Shown: positions 12,576 to 23,928, counted from the whole stretch's first letter. The stretch: 62,725 nucleotides of DNA, filler included, from Globobulimina sp. (GCA_003354225.1; 30 parts of 30 records of this genome joined end to end with filler, not necessarily neighbours in it), one strand, 5' to 3'. Program-made: numbers and translations. Notes: generated by a model not told the origin, from the sequence alone.

Positions 12576-14276
12576 AATATTCCATCAAATTTCATTCCAA
12601 ACATCAATAATTTGTTCGAGGTTGTATTACCAAATAATTTATTTAGAACCACACATAATACATTACCGGAATGGATAAATTCTCCTTTTAGAAGATCTAA
12701 ATCATTATATTTTGATCAAGCAACAATTATCAGATTTTATTGTATTGCTATTTTGGCATTTTGCTTGTTTGCCATATTATGTTTAGATATTATTTGGAAC
12801 AAATTCCAACAGAAACACCGACAGTTAAATAACAAAAATGATTCAATGTTTTTCAATAAAATTGATGATCTAATAAATGTATTTTGTGATTTAAAATTAT
12901 TAATTTTATCAATTACTTTGATTATTATATATTCACTAAATGCAAATTATTATTCATGTGTTCCATTTTTGAGTCGATTTACTTTATCTTATTATTATCC
13001 ATTAAACGAATTTAAGTTTTATATCAATTGGATGTTAATAGTATTATGGTGTACTATGATATCAATGTTAGCTCATAAAATATTCAGATTATCTTTAAAA
13101 ACAAATTTATACGGTGCAAAAAGTTCAGTTAACTTAAATGATTCCAATTCATTATCAAATAATATATACGCTGATATTCGACTTGATATACAATTGGAAA
13201 ATATAACCTGTTTAAATAAATTATGGATAATAATACAATTTATATTTGTTTTATGTTGTTTTATATTCGGTATTATAGCATTAGTAATTTATGCAATGGC
13301 TCAATCATTATCTAGTGATAATTATTTTGGTTTAACTGAATATCAATTAGATATTATCAGACATTCCGTTGCATTAATTTTAGCTATAAACAGTTCAATT
13401 GTTATTCCAAAATTAATTGATAAATTTCATCAAATATTTTGGAATAATTTCTCCAATAAAAAATTACCAAAAACGTATTTGTTAAAATATAGAGCAATAT
13501 TTATTATAATTTTACGTTCTTTTGCAGCTATATTAATACCATTTTTTTCTTCTGTAATTTTATTAAGTGATTGTATGAATTGTTGGGCAGAAATGTGGGA
13601 TATTTGCATAAATGATCCAAATATATTTTATATTGATGTCTATCCCATTGGTCAAGCTATTGAAACAACGGCATTATTGACGCCAAATCAAATATGTTAT
13701 CCACAGTATAATTTACTTGAAATAAATTGGAATAAATGTTTTAGACAATTTTATTCCAAATGGTCAATTATAATGATTGAAAAAGTTATTATTATGATAT
13801 TTATGCCGATTACGATTATTTTATTAAAATCTATAAAACAATGGATAATGAATAAAATATGTAAAGAATATGAACCAAAGCGAATAACTGTCGATATGGA
13901 ATTTGCAATGATTTTAACGAAGATTGAAATCTTGATTAGTTATTCTTTAATATCTCCATTAATTGTTCCACTTTGTTTATTGTCATTAAAATGGAATGTT
14001 TATTGTTATAAATTGATGGTTCAACATGATATGATACAGATATGTCGGTCAAGATTTATATATTGGGAGCAATGGATATTATATCCATTTGATAAAGACA
14101 ATTATTTGCCAATTCAATATTTATGGCTTGGATTTGCAATTTTACAGTTATTCACATTATCATATACGATCACTGCATTTGGGATTGCATATATAATATT
14201 ATTAGCCATTGTGTTTGTCTTTATTGATATATTTCTCTGTGTTGCCTATGCCGTCCATTATTACCATACAAAATAA
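12576..14276 (+). CDS. Multi-pass membrane protein, probably the C-terminal part of an LRR-receptor-like family (5' partial)
   Basis: Long ORF with many hydrophobic segments; N-terminal 'LPNNLF...LPEWI' resembles a terminal LRR. Confidence 0.6.
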   Translation, partial: NIPSNFIPNINNLFEVVLPNNLFRTTHNTLPEWINSPFRRSKSLYFDQATIIRFYCIAILAFCLFAILCLDIIWNKFQQKHRQLNNKNDSMFFNKIDDLINVFCDLKLLILSITLIIIYSLNANYYSCVPFLSRFTLSYYYPLNEFKFYINWMLIVLWCTMISMLAHKIFRLSLKTNLYGAKSSVNLNDSNSLSNNIYADIRLDIQLENITCLNKLWIIIQFIFVLCCFIFGIIALVIYAMAQSLSSDNYFGLTEYQLDIIRHSVALILAINSSIVIPKLIDKFHQIFWNNFSNKKLPKTYLLKYRAIFIIILRSFAAILIPFFSSVILLSDCMNCWAEMWDICINDPNIFYIDVYPIGQAIETTALLTPNQICYPQYNLLEINWNKCFRQFYSKWSIIMIEKVIIMIFMPITIILLKSIKQWIMNKICKEYEPKRITVDMEFAMILTKIEILISYSLISPLIVPLCLLSLKWNVYCYKLMVQHDMIQICRSRFIYWEQWILYPFDKDNYLPIQYLWLGFAILQLFTLSYTITAFGIAYIILLAIVFVFIDIFLCVAYAVHYYHTK

Positions 14277-14791
14277 TATTACCTTCGACTTCCATCTCTT
14301 TTCTAAATTATTTGTGTGTATTGTGTCACATTTGTGTGTATAGTATCGTAAATCGATAGGTTTTATAACACTTCAATTCTTCGATTTGACAAAGTTAATT
14401 GTTCCACGTGCGTTGTATAACGGATTTAATTTTTGTATGGAAAGTTTTGTGATTTCAAAAGATTTCAATAGTTGCAACAGCGCTGCACTGCGCAAGGATA
14501 ATTATTAATTAACATCAAAACATTTGTTAGTTGTTACATCATTACAAAACACAAAAAAATTAAAAAACAANNNNNNNNNNNNNNNNNNNNNNNNNNNNNN
14601 NNNNNNNNNNNNNNTTAATTAATTAANNNNNNNNNNNNNNNNNNNNNNNNNNNNNNNNNNNNNNNNNNNNAATCTAAACCTTTAAATAATATACAGAGGT
14701 GTTCCCGCTAAGAACTACGCATAGTATTACTCATATATATATATATATATATATATATTAGTTTTAATCATATGGTGGACCTGTCAAGGGA

Positions 14792-15493
14792 TCATATATG
14801 ATCATATACTAATGTATATATTATCCCGCCGCCATCCGTCCCGCCGCCATCCGTCCCGCCGCCATCCGACTCAATGTCAGTTTCCTCAATGTCCGTTTCC
14901 TCAATGTCAGATGCATCCGTCCCGCCATCAGACTCAATATCCGATGCATCGGACTCAATATCACTTAAATCCATATCCGAATCATCCGATGCGTCCATTT
15001 CAGAGCCGGAATCAGTGCCGGATTCACTGCCTGATTCACTGCCGGATTCAGTGCCGGATTCACTGTCTGATTCAGTGTCACTGCCGGCTTCGTATTCAAG
15101 TCTTGTTCTTTTCCGATGTCTTCGGGTGACACCAAAGGATTCATCACTTAATAATTCCTCCGATTCAAATTCAGTCATATGACTTAAATTGTCACTTAAT
15201 TGAACCATTTCAGGCAATTCTGCCTCAAATAACCATTTCCATTCATCCAATTCTTCATCCAATTCTTCTTCAAATTCATCGGCATCCGATTCCGATGTCG
15301 AGTCGTATGTTACTATTGGATTTCGACTCCAATCGATTTCAATTGCTATCTTTTCATAACTTGTCCCACAATGCACTATGGGTCTTAAGTCTCTTGACCG
15401 CATTCGTGGTCTTGTTGATGGCGACGGTGACGGTGATGGTGGCTGGGGCGAGCTATCCGGAGATGTGCTTGGTGTCGGCGTGGCGTTACCCAT
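14792..15493 (-). CDS. Low-complexity Pro/Ser-rich and acidic hypothetical protein built from 12- and 15-bp tandem repeats
   Basis: 233-aa ORF with ESGS, DIEET and DGGGT repeats. Confidence 0.5.
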   Translation of the reverse strand: MGNATPTPSTSPDSSPQPPSPSPSPSTRPRMRSRDLRPIVHCGTSYEKIAIEIDWSRNPIVTYDSTSESDADEFEEELDEELDEWKWLFEAELPEMVQLSDNLSHMTEFESEELLSDESFGVTRRHRKRTRLEYEAGSDTESDSESGTESGSESGSESGTDSGSEMDASDDSDMDLSDIESDASDIESDGGTDASDIEETDIEETDIESDGGGTDGGGTDGGGIIYTLVYDHI

Positions 15494-15693
15494 TATTCAT
15501 CATTCAACATTGTTGTTTCTGTATCATTCCATATCCATAGCACTTCGTGTCGATGGTATGTATAAATACGATTAAACAGTGGCTCTTCCTGAAAACGATA
15601 GTAGTCAATTTTAAATCGCATCGTCCATATATCATAAACATCGTTTAAATTATCATACATTCGAATGCTCCTCTAACAATTCTTGCCATTTTA

Positions 15694-16489
15694 TTAATGG
15701 ATCAATAAAGAAATCAATTGGTCCATCAACAAATTTAATCGGTCGGGAAGCTCTTCGAAATTCGTATCTGCTTTTTTATAGACACCTGATTCCTGCCAAA
15801 AATAAGCAAAGTACTCATTAATTTCCTTAACCCATTCGAATCTTTTTTTACTAAATTCTTTGGGATCTTGATTATGTGTATGAAAATTCATATCATTTTG
15901 TTTATATATTCTGTCAATAGAAACTCTGCGTATTTTACGAGGCGGTTTGATATGACTGTTGGTTAACGCCATAATAAGTTTGAATTCAAAATATGCCATC
16001 AGATCGAACGTGTGTGTTGGTTATAAATACTGAAACACTACATCTGCAATATCTTGCGTCCATTTGGCCAGTAATAATTTGAGGGTCGCTCCCATTGTCC
16101 AAATAACAGCATAATACAATGGAGTATTATTATTTTTGCTTGATAGTAATGATAGTAAAATCTGTGCCGTCAATTTGCTGGTTATTGTGTTGCATCTGGG
16201 TGCACCGACAAAGCCACATAGGCGTGTTATCAAACAACAATATCTCTGCTCAATTTTGTGTTATACTCAATTTCTGCGCTGACCAATCCGCGACGACGAG
16301 GCCGAGGCAATAATTTAATTTTAATGCGAATTTGCGTAATTTATAAGTCATTGATAGTGACGGCGACGAAGACGACGACACCTGTGTGTATTTGATGGTC
16401 TGTTGGTTATAATAAACAACCACGCTGGCCACGATGAAGATAATACCTGTTGAGTATTTAGAGAAATGACGAAAGCATTGTTTCATCAT
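15694..16489 (-). pseudogene. Fragmented type-II membrane protein gene (stop and frameshifts)
   Basis: N-terminal TM 'GIIFIVASVVVYY' followed by three successive short ORFs on the same strand. Confidence 0.4.
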
Positions 16490-16853
16490 TAAGTCTGATG
16501 TTAGAAAGAGTTTTTGAAGTTAAAAAAAAAAAAGTTAGAATGTACGAATCTAAACCTTTAAATAATATACAGAGGTGTTCCCGCTAAGAACTACGCATAG
16601 TATTACTCATATATATATATATATATATATATATTAGTTTTAATCATATGGTGGACCTGTCAAGGNNNNNNNNNNNNNNNNNNNNNNNNNNNNNNNNNNN
16701 NNNNNNNNNTTAATTAATTAANNNNNNNNNNNNNNNNNNNNNNNNNNNNNNNNNNNNNNNNNNNNATTTAAAAAAGACAATGTTCAAAACAATCTGACAT
16801 GTTCTAAAGTATTTTATTTTATATATGTTTCAATATATAATTACAAAACACAG

Positions 16854-18097
16854 TGGTTTCAATATCCTCAAAATGCGTTAAGTATTACAATAAAATTTAT
16901 AAAGTTATCACTTAAATGTTCTATAAAGTTATCACTGGCCTCCAATATCTGGAACTTATTATTTACCGATTGTTGGTGTGCACTAAATGCTATATACTGT
17001 ATCTTCAATGTAGAAAAAAACATATAAAACAAAATTATTCTTTTAGGTTATTACAACTCACAAAATGAAACCGTAATAAATTGGCAATTAAGTTTAATGG
17101 AATATGTTGGTATCAATGGAATTATTGCAGATTGGTACGGTACATTTAATCAAAACGATTATCCGTTCATCAAAGAAACCACAGATATCGCATGGCGTAT
17201 CATACAACAAAACTTTCCAAAAATGCAAATTGGTATAACTTGCTATATACTGTACATAAGTTATGTATGTCTGAACAGTGCAAACTATCACTGTAACAAA
17301 CAGGTATTTGTTACGATTTTACGTCGTATGTTGATCAGGGAAAATTTACAGATTCGATGAATTATTTAAAAGCAAATTATTTCAACAAAGGCCAGTATAT
17401 GAAATATAGCGATGGTAATCCTATAATGGTTATATTTCCATCATATAACAGCAACGGACAGTTGCAGACACCCAAAGGTTTAGCAGCAGCATTGGATCAA
17501 GTCGGTTTAAGTAAGCTTTACGTTTATATGGAATTTAGAAATCCTGCATTTACATTTGATTCAAATGATGTGAATACATTTTCAAACATTGGCGTCTTTA
17601 ATTGGGTGTATCCACAGCAAAAATCCCCGGATAGACAGACACAAATTAATCAAGTCATCTATGACACTGATTATTTTTATTCAACTGCCGGAACGTCGTA
17701 TTATAACAGCAAATTTTATTTAGGTGCTTTCCATCATGGTTTCAGTGATCATTATGTGCAGCCTGGCACTGGCACTACAAATCCATACAATGCGTACGGT
17801 TTTATTGATTTAGATTATGATTATCTGCGTATTATATATGATCAAACGTATAATAATAATACAAATTATCCATATATGATCCAGATACCAACGTGGAACG
17901 ATTATACGGAAGGGACCATGATTGAGCCGAATGTCCCATCGGATGGATGTACAAAAGGATGTAATGATAATACCAAAGCAGATCCATATAATGACTTAAT
18001 TACATTATATAAATTGTTTGTTGATCCAAATGCTGATGCTGCCAAAGTACAGCAAAATCTTGAAGCTATTACAAGGAAATTCTTTCCAAATCTATGA
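16854..18097 (+). CDS. GH71/GH99-like glycoside hydrolase; introns 16877-16928, 16976-17046 and about 17234-17303 (5' partial)
   Basis: Spliced product reads 'YYLPIVGYYNSQNETVINWQLSLMEYVGINGIIADWYG...YF..DGNPIMVIF...IQIPTWNDYTEGTMIEP'. Confidence 0.85.
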
Positions 18098-18161
18098 ATG
18101 TAATATTTTCTGTGTAATACTAATAATTCTAATTTCTGGTAAACAGAGCGTTGAAAAAAAC

Positions 18162-18760
18162 ATGAGTCAAACCATGTCAACTCAACAGTCATCAGGGCCT
18201 AGGCACAGTGTATTCGATAATTTACTTAAAATGGGATATTCACCTCATTTATTAACCAGATCGTTAATGTTGTACGAGAAACATTACAATGTCAACGTAA
18301 TTGGTTACGACATTCAAATTATTACAGAAATTATATTCCGCCTCAGCATCAAAGACCGATTGAAAGATTCCCAAACAACATATTATTCAAAAGTTAACTT
18401 GACACAAGCCTTGGAAATGATGCGTTTCTCTGCAGAATATATAGACACTGCAATCAAACACTATGAACATTATAAACCGGAGACAACGTCATATGATATA
18501 CAAGATATCAGCAAAATAATTTTGCAGCTACGGGCCGTTGATAATCAACATTCTGCAGAGAATAGTGTTGCTGATATAGACATTGTTTTTGATAATTATT
18601 CGGAGGTTGAGGTTTATTATAAAAGTAATATTTCATCAGAATTTCGAAAATTAAAAGGGGAGCATCAAAGAACAAATTGGAAGGATCTCAAATCATTGCA
18701 ATATCAACAGGTTAATGTCAACAACGAATTGCCAGACAACAATGTACAAATCAACTACAA
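18162..18760 (+). CDS. Protein with two UBA-like helical repeats (3' partial)
   Basis: 'LLKMGYS..YEKHY..YDIQIITEIIFRL' and 'LEMMRFS..YEHY..YDIQDISKIILQL'. Confidence 0.55.
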
Positions 18761-18860
18761 NNNNNNNNNNNNNNNNNNNNNNNNNNNNNNNNNNNNNNNN
18801 NNNNTTAATTAATTAANNNNNNNNNNNNNNNNNNNNNNNNNNNNNNNNNNNNNNNNNNNN

Positions 18861-20083
18861 TACTAAGCGAATTATAGTACGTAGTTTCGGATGAATTATT
18901 GAAATATGTTACAATTTGCGAAATGTCAGAAAATGTGGATGGTAACGTTATCCATGGACCTGAATTGAGTTTTATATCAATATTACATGAATTGGGAAGT
19001 CTTTGTCATGACATTTTACAAAGTGAGAAGATATGGCATGAATTTTGTGTTGTTTCTCCAAATAAATGGGGTATTACAAATTGCAATGAGTGGCAGCATT
19101 CACATGCAATTGAATGCACTGCAAAAGAATCTTCGTTGATCATTAATCGAAAAAATGAATTTGCTATCAATCAACAACATTATCTACAAATTGAAATAAA
19201 TCGGAAGGAAAATAGGTTAAAAATATAATGTTAAAAGAGTCGCCCATCTGGTAAATTGCTTGGTTTCTTAGTGAACATTTTTAAGGTTTTTCATATAATG
19301 TTAAAAACGAAAACTGTATTTCTAACAAAACATACTGGCGACTATAATAAACAATATACAGTATAATTAACATTTAATATTTCATCATGCTTCAAAAAAA
19401 CGTTTTTAACATTATTAATAAAATGTTATCTTTTAACATTGTATTTATAACCTATTTTCCTTCCAATACATCAGCCATCGGAAACAGATGAGGAATGGGT
19501 GAAAATTCAAAATGATGGTATTATTGAACAATATTTCAACAAAATACGAGGAAGACCAAGGCAAAGCCTCACAAACCAAACAAAGCGATCCATCACATGT
19601 CCAGCGTATATAAAACAGCAAATTGATAAAAATGAAACTACAGCATGCATTGTGCGAGCTGTCACATTGCTAAACGTAACTTCCAATGCGGCCAATTTTT
19701 TACATTACGAAGCAAACAAAGCGATGGTGGCATTGCAATTGATTTCAAATGATTTTGATGATAAACCATGCAGATTATTCACAGTGAGCACTGATTTTAC
19801 GCGAGTTTGTAGGAGTTATAAATCGCTAATGTCTATCGGAGAATGTGCCAATAATAAGAACGAAGTGTCAATCGCAACAATTTATGAATGTGAGGTGTTA
19901 TGTAACTGGAAAGATGCTGATAAAGCAATATTTGAATCAAAAATGAAACTATCTGTGGCTGCTACGCCAAATAAAACATATGTGGGAAGAATAAGTGCAA
20001 TGAACGTGCAAAATAAGAATAAAAATAAATTCACCAAACAATTTTGGATCAAACAAAATGTGGATTATATTAAATATGAATGA
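18861..20083 (+). pseudogene. Disrupted ORF of unknown function, split by a MITE; probable start at about 20594 across the circular join
   Basis: ORFs 18899 and 19499 fuse in frame (..LQIEINQPSETDEEWVKIQNDG..) once the insertion and one TSD are removed; further frameshifts on both sides. Confidence 0.75.
19203..19464. mobile_element. MITE, 262 bp, 36-bp TIRs starting GGAAGG, 8-bp TSD (Merlin-like)
   Basis: TIRs 19203-19238 and 19429-19464 match at 34/36; flanks AATAAATC (19195-19202) and AATACATC (19465-19472); internal TAATGTTAAAA subrepeats. Confidence 0.9.
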
Positions 20084-20453
20084 CAGCAATAATAATATCA
20101 CATGATATGGAACATGATTGAATGTCTCGATGAAAAATGCGTGGAAAGACATTCACCGAAATCAATTCCAACAAGACAAGTATTTATAAGTTGTTTATCG
20201 ATGTTCCATCATGGTCTCGTCATGTGTAAAGGCAGTGCACAATAATACAAATACAGGTGTTACAGTGTGAAAGTGAAAATGCAAAGAATTTGGAATTACG
20301 TCTCTTTGTATTTTGTTTAAGATTCAAACCAAACGATTGTTATTATTCCGTTATACATTAATTTTTGGGATGCAATTGACTTTTTAGGTTCACACTTCTA
20401 AACACTTCTTTTGTGATTGACAAGGTTTTTGGGTTAGCTAGTATGGTTTTCAA

Positions 20454-20502
20454 CCTAGTATTCGAAGTTGACCTAGTATTCGAATCCTAGTATTCAAAGT
20501 TG
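20454..20502. repeat. Three copies of CCTAGTATTC
   Basis: Copies at 20454, 20472 and 20486. Confidence 0.85.
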
Positions 20503-20955
20503 AAAATAGGCATCAACACACTAAAAAGATATCGATGACGCATTGTACGTACAATTTGGACGTAATTTGAAATTTACATTTGTTGCATCTTGAATGACGA
20601 CATTATTTGAGTTATTGACGGTCATTGATATTCCATCAAAAGAAGAATCAAAATTTTCTCAAAAAATGACTTTTGAACAGCTTTCAGTGTTGTGGCAACG
20701 TTGCGATGTAGAATCATATTGTGATGCTTCATATGTTACTAAGCGAATTATAGTACGTAGTTTCGGATGAATTATTGAAATATGTTACAATTTGCGAAAT
20801 GTCAGAAAATGTGGATGGTAACGTTATCCATGGACCTGAATTGAGTTTTATATCANNNNNNNNNNNNNNNNNNNNNNNNNNNNNNNNNNNNNNNNNNNNT
20901 TAATTAATTAANNNNNNNNNNNNNNNNNNNNNNNNNNNNNNNNNNNNNNNNNNNN

Positions 20956-22884
20956 GGTCCTGTGGTTGTTCTAGGTGGTGCCTATGTACATATGGAAATA
21001 GCTGATATTCCAATGGCGCAGTATTTTCACATTGTGGCTAATAGGGGTTATGAGACACCAGCTGTTATACTTGGTATGGATTTCTTGGAAAGAACACAAT
21101 CAACCATTGATTTAAAGAACAGTAAACTTGTTATTAAAGGACGATCAATACAAATGGGCAGCCCAGAAAAGATCTATAATGACTGCGTAAATCGGCGGAG
21201 AGGTGACATTATTACATGTCAGAATACTATAATACAAGATTTGGAACAAATGTCGGACTTCGAAAGGAATCAGTCGATTGAAGTTGAAGAACAGAGAAAA
21301 CCGCCCTTCTATCCTTTTCTTCTTACATTATCTACAGCGGAAGTTCGCCAACAAAAATTGGAAATTGTTAAATTGAAGGAAAAGATCAACGAATTGGAAA
21401 AGATGTATGCAACGCTGGAAACAGACTTGAGAGCATTTCCATTTTACCAAGATTTTAGAGACTATTGTCTTTATCCGGTAGAATACAAGCAATGGTACTA
21501 GGATTGTGTACACAATTCAGTAGTACATTCTGTCGACCCTGAACAACCAAATATAGAAATTGGACCATCAACTGTTCAAGAACCATCAATTGTGTATCCT
21601 ACCCAAACACATCAAAATCGAATAGAAAGTACACCTGTATTGACGGATAATGATTCGATCGACTCAAAAAGACATTCGACCAGAGAGGTGGAAGTCCAAA
21701 CAGAATCTGTGGCATTGTCTAAATTTTACGATGACATTACTAGAATACCAGTGGATTCGGTGAAGTTGGTGTCAAAATCCTTTCAGTACATACAGCGACG
21801 AGATCCGCAATTATGTAACATAATCAGTATTATTGAACAAGCTAAGTATTTGGGCAATGAATTGCCACTTCAATATTCTCGTTTTGTTTTTATTGATGGT
21901 TGCTTGTGCATTAAATCAGAGAAACGGAAAGGCCCTCGATTATGTATACCAACAGAACTACGAATTCACATTTTGACAACGGCTCACGATCGTAATGGAC
22001 ATTTGGGACAAAAGCACATGTACCGTAATTTGGCAAAGCGTTATTATTGGGACCGTATGTCCAAGGATATCAACGATTGGACTCGTCATTGTGAAAGTTG
22101 TCGGAAACGTAAACGTTTGGTTTATCTAACAAAACAGACATTGAAATCTGTTGACTCCAATCAAGTTCATAGTTCCTGGCAACGTGTAATGACGACGAAA
22201 GACAGTGGACAGAAGGTTCAAAATGATAGAACAGCAAGACCATCAGAAATACGGTTAAGAGATAAAGTTTGGGCCTATCAACCATGCATTAAGAAAGATC
22301 ATTTGAAGAAACTCCATGTGCCGTGGCAAGGTCCGTATCAAGTCATACATTTGTCTAGTCATGCTGCAATTCTAGAAGATTGTTATAATCCATCAAGAGC
22401 TAAAGTACATCGGCATGTCAATCATATCAAGCTATGGTATTCCCCTAATATAGTGCCAGATCTCGACTTCAATATAGATTCTGAGGCTTCTGAATATGTT
22501 ATGCCTGAAGTTTTCAATGGAGTTGTCGATCCCGTAGCTGAAATGTGGCCTGACTGTGTAAAAGATCAACCGGACGGTATTGGTTTTGGACTTGAACAAG
22601 AAGGGGAGGAAGGAATATCTGAGAAGACAGTAATAGTCCATCCAGAGACATCACGATTAAAGGTACCATTGTTAAGAATTGATAATAACAGGAAAGATAA
22701 AGATTCAGATTATGGGTGGGATATTGGTCAAAACAGCGCCCTTCATGACATACAAGGACAATCGAATGGTACTGGACAGCAAAGGAAGAAAAGTTGTGAT
22801 AGTAATCTGATTGTAGGTAGTGATAATGTGTCTAATAATTTGTTATCGCTTGCTTTAAAGATTTTATTATCTATTGTGAATTGA
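20956..22884 (+). mobile_element. Ty3/Gypsy LTR-retrotransposon pol remnant: protease C-terminus, integrase Zn finger and GPY/F module
   Basis: 'VILGMDFL...IDL'; 'AHDRNGHLG...YYW..M..DI..W..HCESC' HHCC; 'KKLHVPWQGPYQVI...HVNHIK'; no RT, RNase H or DDE core visible. Confidence 0.9.
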
Positions 22885-23050
22885 CACAGACATACACAGT
22901 TTACTGGACCGACTAACGTTCAGTTTATATTCAGAATGTCAGCGATTATANNNNNNNNNNNNNNNNNNNNNNNNNNNNNNNNNNNNNNNNNNNNTTAATT
23001 AATTAANNNNNNNNNNNNNNNNNNNNNNNNNNNNNNNNNNNNNNNNNNNN

Positions 23051-23183
23051 GAAATAATTACTAAATAATTACTAAATAGTTTCTAAATAGTAACTAATTA
23101 GTTGCATTTTCGTTTTTGGATTGAAATAGTCACTAAATAGTTTCTAAATAGTTACCTGGTAACTTAATCAGATTGCCCAGCCT
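23051..23183. repeat. Putative DNA-transposon end with CTAAATAG/ACTAAAT subterminal repeats; related to 54454-54526
   Basis: 27-bp identity 23112-23138 vs 54461-54487 plus shared GATTG(C/G)CCAGCCT. Confidence 0.7.
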
Positions 23184-23253
23184 CAGATTTTCAAGTAGTG
23201 CAGTTCAGTTTCAATTAAACAATAATACAACAACTTTTCAAGTGATATTGGAT

Positions 23254-23928
23254 ATGAGCGTTACCATTGGATGGAACAAACGCAGCAAGTGTTTGATTAC
23301 ATTGTTTGCAATATTACCAATTGATGGTAAGAAAGCATTTGAAACATTGAAAATATTGGATGATTTATCAAATAACAAGAAAGGTGTTATTCATTTACAA
23401 AAAGATGTTTATTTACCTCAACATCAAAAGGATGATTTGTTCGGAACAATGACGGCTGTTTGCGATTTAAAACAAAAAGAAAATGGTCATGACGGACATG
23501 GAAAGGATAATAAGTTTAAGCACAAAGAAGGTGATTATTGGTATTTAGAAATATCAGGCAAAGAAATATTATATCATAAGCATGAATGCTTAATTCGTAA
23601 TGTTGATTACATTCCAATTTCAAGCAATTTTGAATCATTATTAATGTATTTAGGACACAAACATTCGTTTTCTTATATTCAACAAGGAACAACATATCAT
23701 ATTCCTCATTATGGTATTAATATTTATATTTATTCAATTCAACAAATATTTGACATGGCAACAAAAGTTCCATTGGAAAAAAATAAGAAAATCATTGAAA
23801 TGTTTATTGAGGTGAAAAGCAATGATAATATACAAGAAACTGAAAAGAAATTGCTTAGTTTCTCAAAAATATTTGAACATCTGCATTTTTTTAAGATTCA
23901 ACCATCGAGTTGCAAACAGATGAATTAA
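23254..23928 (+). CDS. MED18: Mediator subunit 18-like (CYTH-like fold)
   Basis: 'LIRNVDYIPISSNFESLLMYLGHKHSFSYIQQG', 'IIEMFIEV..IQETEKKLLSFSKIF..LHFFKI' fit the Med18 pattern and length. Confidence 0.7.
   Translation: MSVTIGWNKRSKCLITLFAILPIDGKKAFETLKILDDLSNNKKGVIHLQKDVYLPQHQKDDLFGTMTAVCDLKQKENGHDGHGKDNKFKHKEGDYWYLEISGKEILYHKHECLIRNVDYIPISSNFESLLMYLGHKHSFSYIQQGTTYHIPHYGINIYIYSIQQIFDMATKVPLEKNKKIIEMFIEVKSNDNIQETEKKLLSFSKIFEHLHFFKIQPSSCKQMN

Larger units (their letters stand above)
14671..16665. repeat. Self-closing contig: exact 119-bp terminal direct repeat (14671-14789 = 16547-16665), unit 1,876 bp
   Basis: Direct comparison of both ends, including an identical (AT)13 tract. Confidence 0.97.
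18861..20855. repeat. Self-closing contig: exact 119-bp terminal direct repeat (18861-18979 = 20737-20855), unit 1,876 bp
   Basis: Direct comparison of both ends. Confidence 0.97.

Noticed and set aside
14722..14730. CRESS-DNA virus genome call from TAGTATTAC
   Set aside because: No flanking stem-loop and no Rep or capsid ORF; kept only as a hypothesis
19216..19474. MITE acting as an introner (GT at 19216, AG at 19473-19474)
   Set aside because: That splice would shift the frame and meet a stop within about ten codons
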